DNA of 64,000 nucleotides, from the NCBI RefSeq assembly GCF_006345805.1, contig NC_043000.1, forward strand, positions 78,740,001 to 78,804,000. Reading direction: 5' to 3'. The notes beneath the pieces were generated by a model, which did no database searches, had not been told where the DNA came from, and saw only the letters and a program-made list of their open reading frames with translations. This DNA is from Octopus sinensis (taxonomy: Eukaryota). Positions 26,745 through 40,854 of the stretch are shown here, one piece after another (the first letter of the stretch is position 1; the number at the start of each line of letters is the position of its first letter). Made by a program: the position numbers and the translations under genes.

Positions 26745-26905
26745 ACTACTGAGTAGCGTCACATGCTACAAGAAGAAGCCAAACGGCTCTAAAACTACCT
26801 TATTAATTACATAGACACGGGCTGATGTGATATCTCTATGTGATAAATGAGGTAGTTTTAGAGCCATTTGGCGTTTTCTTGTGGCATGTGACGCTACTCA
26901 GTAGT
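26745..26905. mobile_element. MITE-like fold-back (about 70-bp arms)
   Basis: ACTACTGAGTAGCGTCACATGCTACAAG... pairs with ...CTTGTGGCATGTGACGCTACTCAGTAGT. Confidence 0.5.
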
Positions 26906-27374
26906 TCCTCTTACTATAATCATACACACACACACATACACATACACACACACATAAATAATTTTACAATTATATACATAATTATAACAAGGAATCAGCT
27001 TTATGCCTCACCACGCACCGTTAGAAATAGACGCTAAGGTCCATTTTACTACATTAAAATCTCCGAGAATAACACCTTATTGTAGACAAGCAAAAAAAAA
27101 ATGAATCAACAAGGCCGGTCACCTATGGACGCGTTTCGAACTTAATGTGAAAAGTAATTTTACTTTTCAGTTTAGTACTCCGTATAAGTTCGCGAGTATT
27201 TCAAAATAGGCACACGATCAACGTCATCGTATGTCCGATATCTATCCACACACGTAACAATATACTGCCGAGTATAATTGATATCTTTCTGTTATACCCA
27301 CGTGTGTGTTTTTATTTCCGCACTGGCTAGCTGGTAAAATCGTTATTGATTGTACCTTTTATTATTGAAATAAT

Positions 27375-27427
<53 letters not shown>

Positions 27428-27449
27428 ATATATATATAACACATATATA

Positions 27450-27500
<51 letters not shown>

Positions 27501-27579
27501 ATAATATATATATATATAACATTGCTTGAACGCTCATCGTTCAAGAGTCAAAATCAAAATCAAAAATACAAAATATATA

Positions 27580-27720
27580 CTCTATCCATATGGTATATTT
27601 ATATTCGACATTTTAAATTTAGCCGCGTGCCTACATAAGTTCATTAGCTCGCTTCTTTGATTCAAAGAATTATTGTCTTTGAATAAGATGTTGTCAAAAT
27701 TAGAATGTTGATATAAGTAT
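27580..27720 (-). mobile_element. PLE GIY-YIG C-terminal tip
   Basis: ILFKDNNSLNQRSELMNLCRHAAKFKMSN matches the PLE C-terminal LN.RSE...CRH..KF pattern. Confidence 0.6.
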
Positions 27721-28442
27721 GTGCATAGCAAAGCATATGTATTTGTAAGCATGCGTATCTGTGTATGTGTAAGTGAAAGTATGTTTGTGCTTAAGCACAC
27801 ATATACACGACTGTATCCATTCAAACTTATGTATGTATACTTGTCTCCATATATGCCAATAATGCCGTTACACTGCTTGTATACATAATTTTTTCTTATT
27901 TCGTTTTTTTCCCTACACCTCCTTCGTTCCTTTTTCTCTCTCTCCCTTTCTTTCGTTCCCCCCCTTACTCAGTATATGAGAATCGCTACATAGATCTTTT
28001 TTAAGTTGCGTGCGAGATGGTTTTGCGTGAATATATGTACACATGCTTTTATGTGTATATTTAGATTTATATTCATACGTCTGTATATGTATGGCGTTTG
28101 CACGCATAATTTTGTGTATGTTGATATATATATGTAGATTTTAATATACATATGTATTGCAGTGTAATATTTATAACAGGTTTAATTTCTATGCATTAAT
28201 TTGCACTTTCTTCATTAACGTCAATATGTATTTTATTCAATGTAAGGTTTTTTCCTCGGATTTTATAATTTTTATAAGTTTTTTTTATATATATATACAT
28301 ATATTTTTGACCTTTTTGTTTATCGCTCGAAGATTGACCGTTTTTTCTAAAGGGCCAATCAAACAAGTCCATTTCTTTTTAAAGGTGTAGCGTTTGTAAG
28401 AGTATAGATTGAATTGATATATCGGTTCCATTCTAGCAAAAA

Positions 28443-28480
28443 CTGTCTGATGAACGGCAACGAGAAACTCAGAGTAACAG
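28443..28480 (+). ncRNA. Type I HHR, canonical core
   Basis: CUGU CUGAUGA ACG-GCAA-CGA GAA ACUC-A-GAGU A ACAG; A/A mismatch at the base of stem II. Confidence 0.7.
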
Positions 28481-28749
28481 ATTTTGTTGAATTTTCTGCT
28501 GCTTAAAATAAAGCATATTACTCTACCACTGGTATTTGAGTACTCTTTTTTCCACCTTGTTTCACATTTATGTGTTTACTCCGGTATATATATATATATA
28601 TATACATATATTTTTGACCTTTTTGTTTATCGCTCGAAGATTGACCGTTTTTTCTAAAGGGCCAATCAAACAAGTCCATTTCTTTTTAAAGGTGTAGCGT
28701 TTGTAAGAGTATAGATTGAATTGATATATCGGTTCCATTCTAGCAAAAA

Positions 28750-28787
28750 CTGTCTGATGAACGGCAACGAGAAACTCAGAGTAACAG
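28750..28787 (+). ncRNA. Type I HHR, canonical core (second unit)
   Basis: Identical to 28443-28480. Confidence 0.7.
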
Positions 28788-28962
28788 ATTTTGTTGAATT
28801 TTCTGCTGCTTAAAATAAAGCATATTACTCTACCACTGGTATTTGAGTACTCTTTTTTCCACCTTGTTTCACATTTATGTGTTTACTCCGGTATATATAT
28901 ATATATATATACATATATAACACACACACATATATAAATATATATACATAAATATGTATGTG

Positions 28963-28993
<31 letters not shown>

Positions 28994-29785
28994 GTATGCA
29001 TGTATATATATATGTATATGTATATATATATAATGATGCGCACTCTTAACCTTTCTCTCTCCCCCTCCCTTTCTCAACCTTCATCCTTTGGCTTTCCTTT
29101 TCTTCTACCTTACTGTCTCTCCCTCTCTCTCTCATTCTTCATTCTTTTCTCTACAACCATTCCCCTTTTTTCTCTCCCTTTCTCTCCTCCTCCTCCCTCC
29201 CGTCGCGGTCACGTGATGAGATGGCTATCTCTGTCTTTCTTCTCCTGACTTCCTCCAAGTAGAGACGGTAAATCTGTTAATCCTTGCCGTCTCAAAAAAT
29301 AGCGTTCGTAAAATTTTTTTATCTCGTTTGGCTTAACAGCCCTTCTTGTTTGTGTTACTGTTATTCTACGTGTCCTGTCCTTTACTATTTATATTTTGTA
29401 CTGTCCCTACTATCCTGTTTTTGTTACCATTTTTACCCCTCCGCAAAAAAATCTCAAATTTTATTTAATTTGATTTTCGCGGGAAGGAAATTTTCATTGA
29501 AGGCATGTATCGCCTTGACCTTCGAAACGTGGAGTAGATGAATCTAAGGCGACTGAAGAAGGGGAATTTTCCTTGTTTTGTATGTCCTGTACTCTATTTT
29601 TTTCGTTGTTTAAAAAAATGTCCATTTCCTTGATATTGTGTTTATGTTTTCGTTTCTCATTGTGTTCGATGTTTTTTTGGTATCCTGTACCCATATATGC
29701 ATGTATATATACATGTAGAGGTAGGTACGTACATATATGTATGTATATATGCATATGTTTTATTTATTTATCAATTTTATATATG

Positions 29786-29816
<31 letters not shown>

Positions 29817-29846
29817 GTATGTATGCAAGTATCTCTGTATGTGTGT

Positions 29847-30410
29847 GAGTTGTAAACATTTTAAATTCCATGAATTGAAAGGAAAACAATAAAAAAGACA
29901 ATATGTACTTGACATTGTTGAGCAAATACTCCAGTAGTCTAACTCTGTAATGGGGAGATTCTTAACGTTTTGGATGTTTGACCTTCATCAGTAGAAAGAG
30001 GACAGCATAAGGGAAGTAAGGAAGGGGAACGGGTAGTGATATAAAAAAGTGAGAAAGGGAAAAAACACCGGAGAGTTTCGAAAGAGAATAATGTTTTATA
30101 GCGAGAGTTAAGAAGGGTGGATGTGGGAGTATTTATTTGCAAGCTGAAAGTGTATCAGAGAATGGAGATGGCAAGTTTGAAGAGTTGTGTATCTGGTTTT
30201 GTGGGTTCTGTATATGTGTGTAGAAGTTTCCAACGGCAAAAGCGTAGGTCTGTAGGTTAGTAGGTGTTGTGAGGTGTTGGTGTGTGACTTTGTGTGTGTG
30301 TGTGTGTGTGTGTGTGTTTGTGTGTGTGTTTGTGTGTGTGTGTGTGCGATTATGAGTATGACTGTGTGTGCTTGAATGTGTTTATACGTGTGTGCGCATA
30401 ATAACACTAG
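29847..30410 (-). repeat. Dispersed pseudo-LTR-like repeat (second copy about 48010-48475) with a degenerate HHR (29960-29995; 48120-48155)
   Basis: Colinear copies; minus strand CUGAUGA A GG...CC AAAACGUU AAGA (GAAA mutated to AAAA in both). Confidence 0.65.
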
Positions 30411-30559
30411 TGAATTGTCAGAGGAAGTTGGGTGAAGTGTCTTAAAATGCAAGCGTAGATGCATGCATATATGCACAATTGCATATTTGTATGTATGTAT
30501 TCATATGCTTGGTGAGGAAAGTGGTTTTCGTTAGACAGCTTGCGGGACAAATCATAAAA

Positions 30560-32640
30560 TATATAAAATAACATGAAATCAAGAGAGCGAATGCCCATCC
30601 AACAGCATGGAGTAAAAGACTGCTTGTCTTCGTTTAGACATCTCTCTCGGGGACAGAGATCTGTGGAGTAATGCCTGTCACTTTGTATGCATTAAGAATA
30701 ATTCCATGATGGAATGAAAACGTGTGTATGAGCATTTATGGTAAGCACCGCTTCAAGCTGTGCTCATCATACCCAGTCTATGCAAAAGTGTATAGGAGTG
30801 CTCGTAGAAGTGAAAGGCCACATTTGTGCTGCTTTATAAGAACAATGAATCGTTGTCATTCCGTGAAATAGGGTATGTAGGTATGAATGTAGGTATGTAT
30901 GTACGAAGATATGCTTGCACGTATGAATGTAAGACTGTATTCATGAATGTATTCATATATATATGTATGCATCAATGTATATGTCAATGTATATACATAT
31001 GTATGTATGATATTCAGTACTTTAGCTTCATGTAGGCACAGTTGAAGGGACGCATGTCGGCACTTGATGGTTAAAAGATGTTGCCGAAAGGATATGATAC
31101 GGCATTAAAATTCATGATGGATCGAAGGTCAGACTCAGCTTACTTGTTTCCGTTTCGGACAGAAACAGTCTACGTCGCTGGTGACGAGGAAATTATGTGT
31201 TCTGATTAGTAATTTCCGGGTTTTGCAAACCCACCAGTGGGCCACTGTTTTATTGAATGCAGAGAGTTTTGAGAACCAAATTTTCTTTATTCGTCTGTAA
31301 TATTCTTTAGTGACACGTGTCTTGTTGCAGGTGCCATCATAAAATATGTTTTCACCCCCTCCCCTAGATACTTGTGACATTCCTCATCAGATATAGAGGA
31401 AACAGTTAAGTCATTGATGGAGATGTTGCTAGACGGGTTTACAATTTTGCCCTTTTGCACAACCATATAGCAACATTTATCTTAACCAAGCTCCAGCCCT
31501 ATATATCATTTGAGAATGTTGTAACCAGGTCAAGGCTCTTTTCCATCTCATGCATGTTCTTGGCATTCAATTTCAAGTTATGCGCAAAGAAACTGTTTAA
31601 TTTTAGTGTTTCTGTTTCCTTGTGAAACATGGAGATATCTTTCATACTTCCTTAACATGAATGACAAGTTTACAGAAAGCATAAATAGCATCACAGAGAA
31701 GCTGTCCCCTAGAATATAGTACTTCTGCGATGCTGTATTCTATTAGTGATAATACAATCACTCGTTATATTTAACTTTAAGATGGTGACCCACGATGAAG
31801 CCATGTCAGCTTTGGCTTTGACTGTGCTCACCTTAACTTTAGCAAGTAGAAGGGCTTGTAGCATCCATGAGTGGGGGACTGTCAAAGGCTTTCTCGTAGT
31901 CCAGGCACATGTAAACGTTCCTTCTATGTTCCCGCACCTCTGACATTACAGCTTTATTTATCAACAATTGGTCAGCATATCTCTGATAGTCTTCCGTAAA
32001 TTAACTATATTTTTCTCTCTTCCAAATCCATGATGGCGCTCTCCTCGTTGTTTCGATTTCCTTTACTCTTTAAGTGTCGTTCATGTTTTGCTTTGCGACA
32101 GTAGGCATACAGACAAGACGTTATCTGCCAGAATAAGGCTTCAGTACTCTGCTGTAAATATTCCTCTCCACTTTTATTAAAAACTGTTAATACCGTGTCT
32201 GTTGCTCATTTTCTTACTTTGTTGGAGAATACTCTGTCCTCGAGAGAATACTTTAAACTGAAAGTATTTTACTAAGGACATATTTCACCGATATATCACC
32301 CTGATTTCTACTACAATGATCGTTGCCGTTATACCTGCTATTTACCATAATCCTAACAGAGGAAAAGTAGTCAGTTATTTTAGTGTGCAATGTGGTTTGA
32401 CTAGCAGGCAGTATAGTATTTGTTGGGACATCGCTAACTGTGGAACCAGATGGTCTAACATTGTTCACGTTTTTGTTTATGCTGATTGGGAGAAGGTTCA
32501 TTTCAGATCTTTTTAATAAAGTTGCATTTCTATGTTCCCCAAATATTGCTTGTTGACGTGATGGTTTTGCAAAAATATGATTTACTTCTGGGTGCAGATC
32601 GTCCCTGTATGATTTGAATCTATTCATATATACAAGATAG
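30560..32640 (-). mobile_element. R4/Dong-like LINE RT remnant
   Basis: Frameshifted AW..YEKAFDS.PHSW, LVTTFSNDIGLELG.DKC, HKYLG, KEYYRRIKKIWFSKLSAFNKTVAH, KTRKLL...SDVD. Confidence 0.7.
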
Positions 32641-33034
32641 TTTCTTTTTATTTGCTCTTTATAACATTTAAATAAAGAAGTATTTAATTCATGAAAAATG
32701 TGTTTAGTAGTTACAGTGTCTTCTATATTTATAACTACAAAGAGTCTGTTTAGTGCTGAGCTATTGTTTTCGTTCTGTTTCTCAGTTGTGTTGTTGTTGA
32801 TATGTCAAGCCATACTTTTTGTAGTACCTCTCATGGTAAATTCAAGTTTGATTGGTAACTCACAATATTGAAACAAAAGCGTTCTGAGTGAATTTATCTG
32901 AAGATTAACCAGTCATTTAACAAGGCAGATAGTTGTGGCTTCAAAGTTGGAGATAGTATTCATCGTATTTTCGATAAATAACCTCCTACGCCAAATAAGC
33001 AACTAGTCGCTTCGAGTGTGTGTGTGTGTGTGTG

Positions 33035-33065
<31 letters not shown>

Positions 33066-33118
33066 GTATGTATGTATGTATGTATGTATGCATGCATGTA
33101 TGTATGTATGTATGTATG

Positions 33119-33152
<34 letters not shown>

Positions 33153-33604
33153 TGTATGTATGTATGTATGTATGTATGTATGTATGCATGTATATATATA
33201 TGAATGTGTGAGTGTTTGTGTATGTATGCGTGCGCGGGCGCATATATGTTTGTATAGTCAATTTCTAATTATTTCAAAATTTCTAGTAAGGAAGGATCTG
33301 ATTCCTAATAAGGATACATACTTCCAATTTTTGTAGGTAGATAACAAAAGTGAATTCACGTTCTAAACTTGAGAAAGTCTTGTAAATTTATGCAGATAAC
33401 TTACCGATTATATTCGTAATGTGCGAATTTGCTGGTTGATTTCTTTTTCTGAATACCCTCACATTTCCAGATTGTTACTCAGGCATTTATTCACAAAACC
33501 AAGTAACCCAATTATTAGTGAGAATTTGCAAAGAAACAAAAAACGAAGATTGTTGTGTAAACAACAAACATATGAATTAGTTTAACGCTCGGGAAGTGAG
33601 AAAG

Positions 33605-33642
33605 TCTTTTATGTTTCGAGCATACGCTCTTCGACAGAAAGG
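33605..33642 (-). ncRNA. HHR-like motif, CUGUCGA variant, downstream of the minus-strand PLE
   Basis: CCUUU CUGUCGA A GAGC-guau-GCUC GAAAC AUA AAAGA. Confidence 0.5.
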
Positions 33643-34309
33643 AACACAAAAATAAACAGGGAGAGAAAATAGAAAATGGTTTAGTGGCTAACGATCTATC
33701 ATGGCGAATGCCGGACAGAGGGGTCACACAGGAGAGCTAGGAAGAATGGGAGAGAATAAAGTTGTGATGATCCCAAAACGAAGGTTCAGTGCATGTGTAT
33801 GTGAGAGTGTATATGTACCTGTGGAAGGATGGTGGTGACATTGACGTGTGCATGTATAGGTGTGTGAATGATGGTGTAGGTGCTGGGAAGTGGTCAGTGC
33901 TACTGTGTGCAGGGTGGGGTGATGTAGTGTGGTATGGTGGTGTGGTGTGGTGGTGTGTGGTGGTGTGTGGTGGTGTGTGGTGTTGTGGTGGTTTTAGGGC
34001 GTGGGAGAGGCGAGAGTGAGGGAAGCAAGGGTGGGGGTCTAAGGGATGGAGTGGGTTGGGATGGGATGTATAGGGATGTTTGGGTTGGAATATATAGGGG
34101 TGGGGTAAAGAGGGAGGGATGACGATGAAGGGAGAGGGTGGAAGGGAAGGGAGAAGGTGGGTAGGAGTGAAGAGAGGAAGTATGTGCCAGAGCAAGAGAG
34201 GAGAGATGGGTGGGAGGAAGTAAGTGTGAGAGGAAGAGAGGAGAGAGGAGGAGGGTTAGATGAAGAGGGGAGGAGAGTTGAGCCCATGTGGTGTAGAGGA
34301 GCGAAGAGA

Positions 34310-35400
34310 GAAAATTAATCCCTGCTCACAGCGAAGATTGCAGTCCGGATGGCCCCTGAACACAGACAGGTGTTGTAAAGAGTGACCGATAGAGCGGAAA
34401 TGGCGCGAGGCCGGCGTGTCGTTGCCGAGACAGATGTCTCGGAGGTGTTCCGCGGACCGGTCAGCGAAGCGGCGTCCCGTTTAACCGATTTATAGAGAAG
34501 GACAGAAAGAAAGAGAGCAGGAAATGCAGTAAATGACGTTACTAGAAGTGCAGGTGAAGGAGTCAGTGATATGATAGGGTCAATGATGGGTGCCTGTGAG
34601 GAGGGTGGTGTTGGAGAGGTAAGGATAAGTGCGGCAGCGTGGGCGGGAGTAGGGGAACGAGCTAGGTTGGGAAGTTGGGTTAGGGAAGAAGCTGTGGACC
34701 AAGAGGTTTCGTAGGTTGTGAGCTCGTTTGAAGGATGGGAGAGGTCGGTTAGAGAAGATGTGCGAAGTAGATGGGTCGGACTGAAGTCGCCGGAAGGCTC
34801 GGAGAATGGTGCGTTGGAGAGGTAGGTTGGTGGGGTGGTAGGTGAAACGGGAGACGGGTGACGATTGGGCGGGTGCGGGGGAGAGAGAGCAGATGCACGG
34901 TTCACGGTGGAGTGGATAGCGGTGAGGGGATATCCATGTAGGATGAAGTGGTGAGCCTTGAGTTGAGTTGAGTTGAGACTGAATTTCAGTCTTGGTTGCC
35001 ACTGCAGAGCCTGCATGGACGGAGGAATTGGGAATAGGGGATGAAGAGCTTTGCGTGTTTAATGTGGGAGGAAGGGAAGTTGAGGTATGAATGTGAGTCT
35101 GTGTTTGTAGTGAATGGAGGTGGTGAGAGTGGAGTGATGAATGCTGACCGAAATGCGAAAGGTGAATGAGGTGTCGGAAATAGTGCAGGAGAAGTGGAGG
35201 GCAGGATGGAAAGATTTGACAAAAGAAAAGAAAGAGTCTGTATGTTCGTGGGAGAGTGATGTCGCACCGATACAGTCGTCAATATAACGACCGTATAGTT
35301 AAGGAGTGGCATCAGTGAATCTTGAGAATATTTGGGCCTCAACGTAGTCAACAAACAGATTCGCATAGTTAGGGCCTGTAATTCTACTCGTCTGTCCCAA
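34310..35400 (-). mobile_element. Penelope-like element RT plus GIY-YIG remnant
   Basis: GPNYANLFVDYVE, YGRYIDDC (35275-35291), SHSYLNFPSSH...IPYSQFLR, PLPSFKRAHNLRNLLV; same family as 16690-17723. Confidence 0.88.
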
Positions 35401-35847
35401 ATACCAATATCTGGTCCTTTATGTTTACATTTGATCATTTTGATGGACATTTGTTTTCGGTCAAATTGCATTTCTCTGTGAGTTGAAAATGTTAACCTCA
35501 GCTATATTCTGTTTTTTACTTTTTCTTCAGCATTGTAAACATATTTAGTATAAATGTTCAGGTTATCTATAAAGAAATTAAGTGTTATATTAGTTAATGA
35601 GTGTGAAAATTATTTCCCAGTCCTTTCTAAGCCTCTCAGTATCAGCAATTGAGGTATTAGGTACTTTATATGTATGTATGTCATTATTCAGTTTATTTCA
35701 AGATTTCTTGCCAGCAGAGAAAGAACCGTTTTTTAATCTAGACCCAAAGTTCCTTCATTGGAATTTCCACATCAGCAACAGGGTATTTTTGTATGTATGT
35801 ATGTATGTATGTATGTATGTATGTATGTATGTATGTATGTATGTATA

Positions 35848-35878
<31 letters not shown>

Positions 35879-35888
35879 TTTATATATA

Positions 35889-35949
<61 letters not shown>

Positions 35950-35960
35950 CATATATAAAT

Positions 35961-36273
35961 GTAGGGCATTGCTCAAGAACTTATGACAGACGAACTGTAG
36001 ACAGGAACGGGTTAGCTAGATAGCTGCTTGGCAGTGAAGTTGACTTCCGGTTAGGCGGGACTTCTCCGAAGCACGAGTTCACCGACGGCTCTCACCCTCA
36101 TGTGTTTCATTAAATGTAACTACATAAATCTTTCACCCACACACTCTGATACCCCGTTGATTTCTTTTGTGTAAAGCTTAACTAAAGCCATAAATGTAAG
36201 AGCCAAGGATTGATGTGTATAAAGAAAGTGAGCTTGAAGCAATCTGTAGAAAATATAGAAAAAAACTTTCAGG

Positions 36274-36334
<61 letters not shown>

Positions 36335-37813
36335 GCCTCGTATATATTGTCCTCCACGTCAGGTAACTTTTTCTCAAGGAAAACTTTCCATTGTCATTCA
36401 CTGATATCCTTACCAAATAGCATTAAAAAGTGTGGCTGAATAACATGCTAAGTTGTGTGTGGGACATGAAGTCATGGATGTGCATGATCGCCAACTTTTG
36501 TGGGCATGGCACATGAAAAGACAGAGAAAGACACAAGAAGATATACAAAATGCTCTCAGCCTTGCTCAACGTGACAACAAACCAATAATGAAAACCACTA
36601 CCCTATGAGTTTAACACCCTAACTGCATCTTCAGTTATTTACAATACATAACTATTGTAAACAACATATGGTGATTATGTAGAAATATCAGAAACTAATT
36701 CAGAAGTATATCAATATTATATTAATGATAAGATTTAGAAAAGACCATCACTAATGTAAAGGAAGACAAAGAAGTAAATGATGAATAATTTCGGAGATAC
36801 TGTTCTCCCACATAGACATCCAATGGCTATTGAAGAAATGTTAGGTATATTGAATACATGTTAGTTAGGATCCTATATTCCATATAAATCTTTTTGGATA
36901 AATAATAAAAGAAAAAATCTAGAAGTGTTGAATTATATTTAAGAGAGAATAGTTTTAGTTTATAATCTCAGTAGTGAATCCTGGCACAGTGTGTTCATAG
37001 AAAACAAAATGTAATTATTAAGAAAATAAAGAATTCTAAGCCAGCATCAAATTTATTGGAATAATTTGTGAATCTGTTTCGGGGTAGTCACGCAGTCTAA
37101 ACAGCAAAAAAAAAAAAAAGATTACTTGCAAACTGACTGGGGATAGTGTAGAGATTGAAACCAGAGTATTTGGTACAAATCATGTAGACAGTAAAAAATG
37201 TCTGAGAGTGTTCGAAACAAATGTTCTCAGGAGTTGTATGAAAACTGGAAGAGAGTCATTTGCCTATACCTATATCAATTTGTGTATTGCATACTTTAAT
37301 AATTAAGTTATAACCGCTTAACTGTCTGTGAACACATTAAATAACACGTGTTTAACGTCGTTTATTATTGAATGAATTTGTAAAACATAACAAGGGAAAA
37401 GATCCACCCATTTTTAAATAGATTACCTTGGGTGGAGGACATATATGTTATTTTTATATATTGAATTGTTGTAAATAATTCATTTAAGTTATTTGTAGAT
37501 TTTCTTTTTTGTGCAACTGATCATGTTTAAGTATTATATATAAAAAAAACAGTTGTTCTGAGACGTTTGTCAAACTTGTCCTTGTTTCGGAAAACAACTG
37601 TCACCAAACTCCCGGAGGCTGAAAGAAACTGGCCGTCACGCTGTGCCAGTTGTTACTAATAGTAATAACTAGTTCATGTGTGAACAGCTACAACTGTTAG
37701 TAAATTATACTGGTCTACATTGATCATTTCTGGTAGTTTCTAGTTAGTTATTTTGTTAAATTTATCAACGGTTGTGTTCATAGTTAATACCATTTACTTA
37801 AAATCACCAACAC

Positions 37814-37816
<3 letters not shown>
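35961..37816 (+). repeat. Unclassified composite repeat, copy B
   Basis: Colinear with copies A and C, with internal deletions. Confidence 0.9.
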
Positions 37817-37905
<89 letters not shown>

Positions 37906-37955
37906 CATACATACATACACACACGCGCGCACGCACACACACACACACACATATA

Positions 37956-38634
37956 CAGTGGGGGGAAATATATATTCGTACATGTCAAAATTCTTTATTT
38001 ATTTACATGTGGCAGATGGTAGAAGGAATGCAGAGATGTACCAAAATATTTTGAACAATAATTTATGGGACTCTGTAGAAAAGCTCAAGCTTTGTGAAGG
38101 GTGGGTTTTACAACAGGATAACGACCCTAAGCACACGGCGAAGTCTACCAAAAAATGGATTGTCAATCACAATATAAAATTATTAGAATGGCCAAGCCAG
38201 CCACCTGACTTGAACCCATTGGAAATTTGTGGCGTTATTTGAAAATTAAAATTCCTTAATGAGCCCCAACGTGCATTCCAGATTTGAAGAAAATTTGTCA
38301 AGAAGCATGGGAAAAATTCCTAAAGAAACATGCAAATCATTGATTAAGAACTACAAGAAGAGATTGGTTGAAGTGGAATAGAATAATGGTTATGCTACTA
38401 AGTATTAAATCAAAATTAGCAGTTATTTATGTTCTGTACGAATACTTTTTTCACCCTTAAATGTTTATGATTGAATATAAATTCCTTAGTTACTATAATT
38501 TATTAGTTTCTTTTGTATATTCTTAGTTTATACATGTGTATGCAAATATAGTATTGGTATATCCCATTTATGTTCATTAGAAATTAGATAAATAAAGAAT
38601 TTTGACATGTACGAATATTTATTTCCCCCCACTG
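37956..38634 (+). mobile_element. Internally deleted Tc1-like element with TIRs and TA TSD
   Basis: TA|CAGTGGGGGGAAAT...GTACATGTCAAAATTCTTTATTTA and inverse ending CCCCCCACTG|TA; interior QQDNDPKHTAK...WPSQPPDLNPLE. Confidence 0.92.
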
Positions 38635-39010
38635 TATATTAAAAGGTTTGGGGGTGATGTACAGGTATTATATATTAGAAGAAATAAGGTACTCAGAAAT
38701 CTGGATGGTTTTATATTTACAGAGTTTTATTAATATGTCACATATTTTTATAGATCATATATAGCGCTTGCATCTACTCAAGTAGACTCTCCAGATTTGA
38801 ATGCGTTTGAAAGATTCGCCTCTTTTTATAGTATTATTGAGTGTGTGGGAGTGGGGAGCGATATAGAATAGTAAAAGAGAGTGAGGAGTGGGGAGAAAGT
38901 GAGAGACAGAGTGTGTGCATGTGTGTTTTGTGTGTGTGCATGTGTGTTTTGTGTGTGTGCATGTGTGTTTTGTGTGTGTGCATGTGTGTTTTGTGTGTAT
39001 GCATGTGTGT

Positions 39011-39044
<34 letters not shown>

Positions 39045-39520
39045 TGTATGTGTGTGCCTATGTGTCTGAAAGGAGTGTCAATGGAAAAGAGAAGGAAAGA
39101 AAGAAGGAAGAGAGAAAGAAGAAAAATGTGTTTACATCTTTACAGCTGGTCAGTTCTCTCAATAGAAAGTGATGAGTTGATTCTTGGCCTTTAAAAATGG
39201 CAAAACCCGGTGGCTACTCTAAGGAGGGGTCTTGATAAAAGTTATTTCTAAAAAAATTGTCTGGTTTTATTATCATCGTCATTATCATTGTCCAGTGAGA
39301 GAGTGTGTGTGTGTGTGTGTTTCTGTGCGTGTGTGTGTATGTGTGTGTGTGTGTGTATCTGAAAGAAGTGTCAATGGAAAAGAGAAGGAAAGAAAGAAGG
39401 AAGAAAGGAAGAAGAAAATATTGTGTCTGTATCTAAACAGCTGTTCAGTTCTTTCAATAGAAGATGACAAGTTGGTCAATAAAAGTTATTTTTCAAAACA
39501 TTGTCTGGATTTATCATCAA

Positions 39521-39569
<49 letters not shown>

Positions 39570-40854
39570 TTTGTCCAATGTTTGATTCCTCGTGCTGGTA
39601 TGGGTTGTAAAATCTGGATGTAAGATTGTTTCTATTTATGTATATGTACATATGTAAAGTACTATACTAAAATATGTATATATATATATATATGTATATA
39701 TAAATTATTTTCTTTGCTAAACCTCGCTAAGATAAGTATTTATTTATATTTAAGATCTTCAAATTGTAAATTTTAATATTGTATAAGTCTTTGGTGTAAT
39801 AATATTTTCCTTATGTAAATATCGTTGTTTATGTAATCGTCTAATTATCGTAATTTTCTGTATTATTAGATATTACATTTAAATTTATTCGTAAGATACT
39901 ACTTAGCGATAGATTTGTTATTTGATAGCAAGCATACGAGGTGTATTAAGTTAGGCATTTGTATATACATGTTTTAATAGTATTAATTGTAGTTTTAAAT
40001 TTATAATTAAATTAGATAAACTTTGATAAACTTAGATATGTTTCGACTAAAGATTGGTCCAGGCCATGTCTAATTTAATAGCATAACTTAGTTATTTCTT
40101 TAAATTGATATTCGCTAGTTATTCCTATTGATAATTATATTTATAGTATTTATAGTATTTATTCGATACTATATTACTAAGAATTGATTATTTCTATAAG
40201 TATTTTACATAAGATTTCCGAAAGTTCGTTTAAGTTTGTTTATTTGTATTTTGAAATTAGCTATTTCATCTTTAAATATGAAAAATTAATTTATTAGGTT
40301 TTTATTATATGTGCATATATATTTATTTATAGAGATTATTTTAGATCTTAATATTTATATACATTTATATATTTTCATTGATAATTTATATATATTAATC
40401 ATTTTTAAATATTTATGTAATTAGATATAGACTAATACCGATATTAGATTATTGGTGGGTTTCCTACCTTATAAATTAAAATTAATTTTTAACATTATAA
40501 TCGTTTTTGATATAATCATAATTGTTAAGTGTTATGTTTCTAGTTTGATAATAGAGTTTATTATAAGTAAAATTATTATATTATTTATATCTTAAAAATA
40601 TTGTTTAAATATTTCTGATTATATTTTAGATATTTCAATTAACCTGAAGATTGACTGTAACCATAACTCGAATTATTACGAATTGTACTGCCATGAAACG
40701 ATCGTAGTGTTTTACTCTTATCTTTTATTAAACTTTTAATACTTTTGATATATATTTAAAATAATATAAATTAATTAAGTTTATGTATTGGCTTATGTTT
40801 TTCATTGTTTGATTTGCCTAATAGTGGTTTTATCTCTAATTTAATATATATATA

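Larger units (their letters stand above)
28287..28900 (+). repeat. Tandem dimer of a 307-bp unit, one canonical-core HHR per unit
   Basis: GACCTTTTTG at 28309 and 28616; near-identical units; same family as 25960-26194 and about 57345-57440. Confidence 0.92.

Noticed and set aside
39640-40850. Very AT-rich block as a possible NUMT (also 49700-51060)
   Set aside because: No mitochondrial gene, tRNA or rRNA motif recognised; a decayed HHR-like motif at about 40638-40712 suggests old PLE-related sequence
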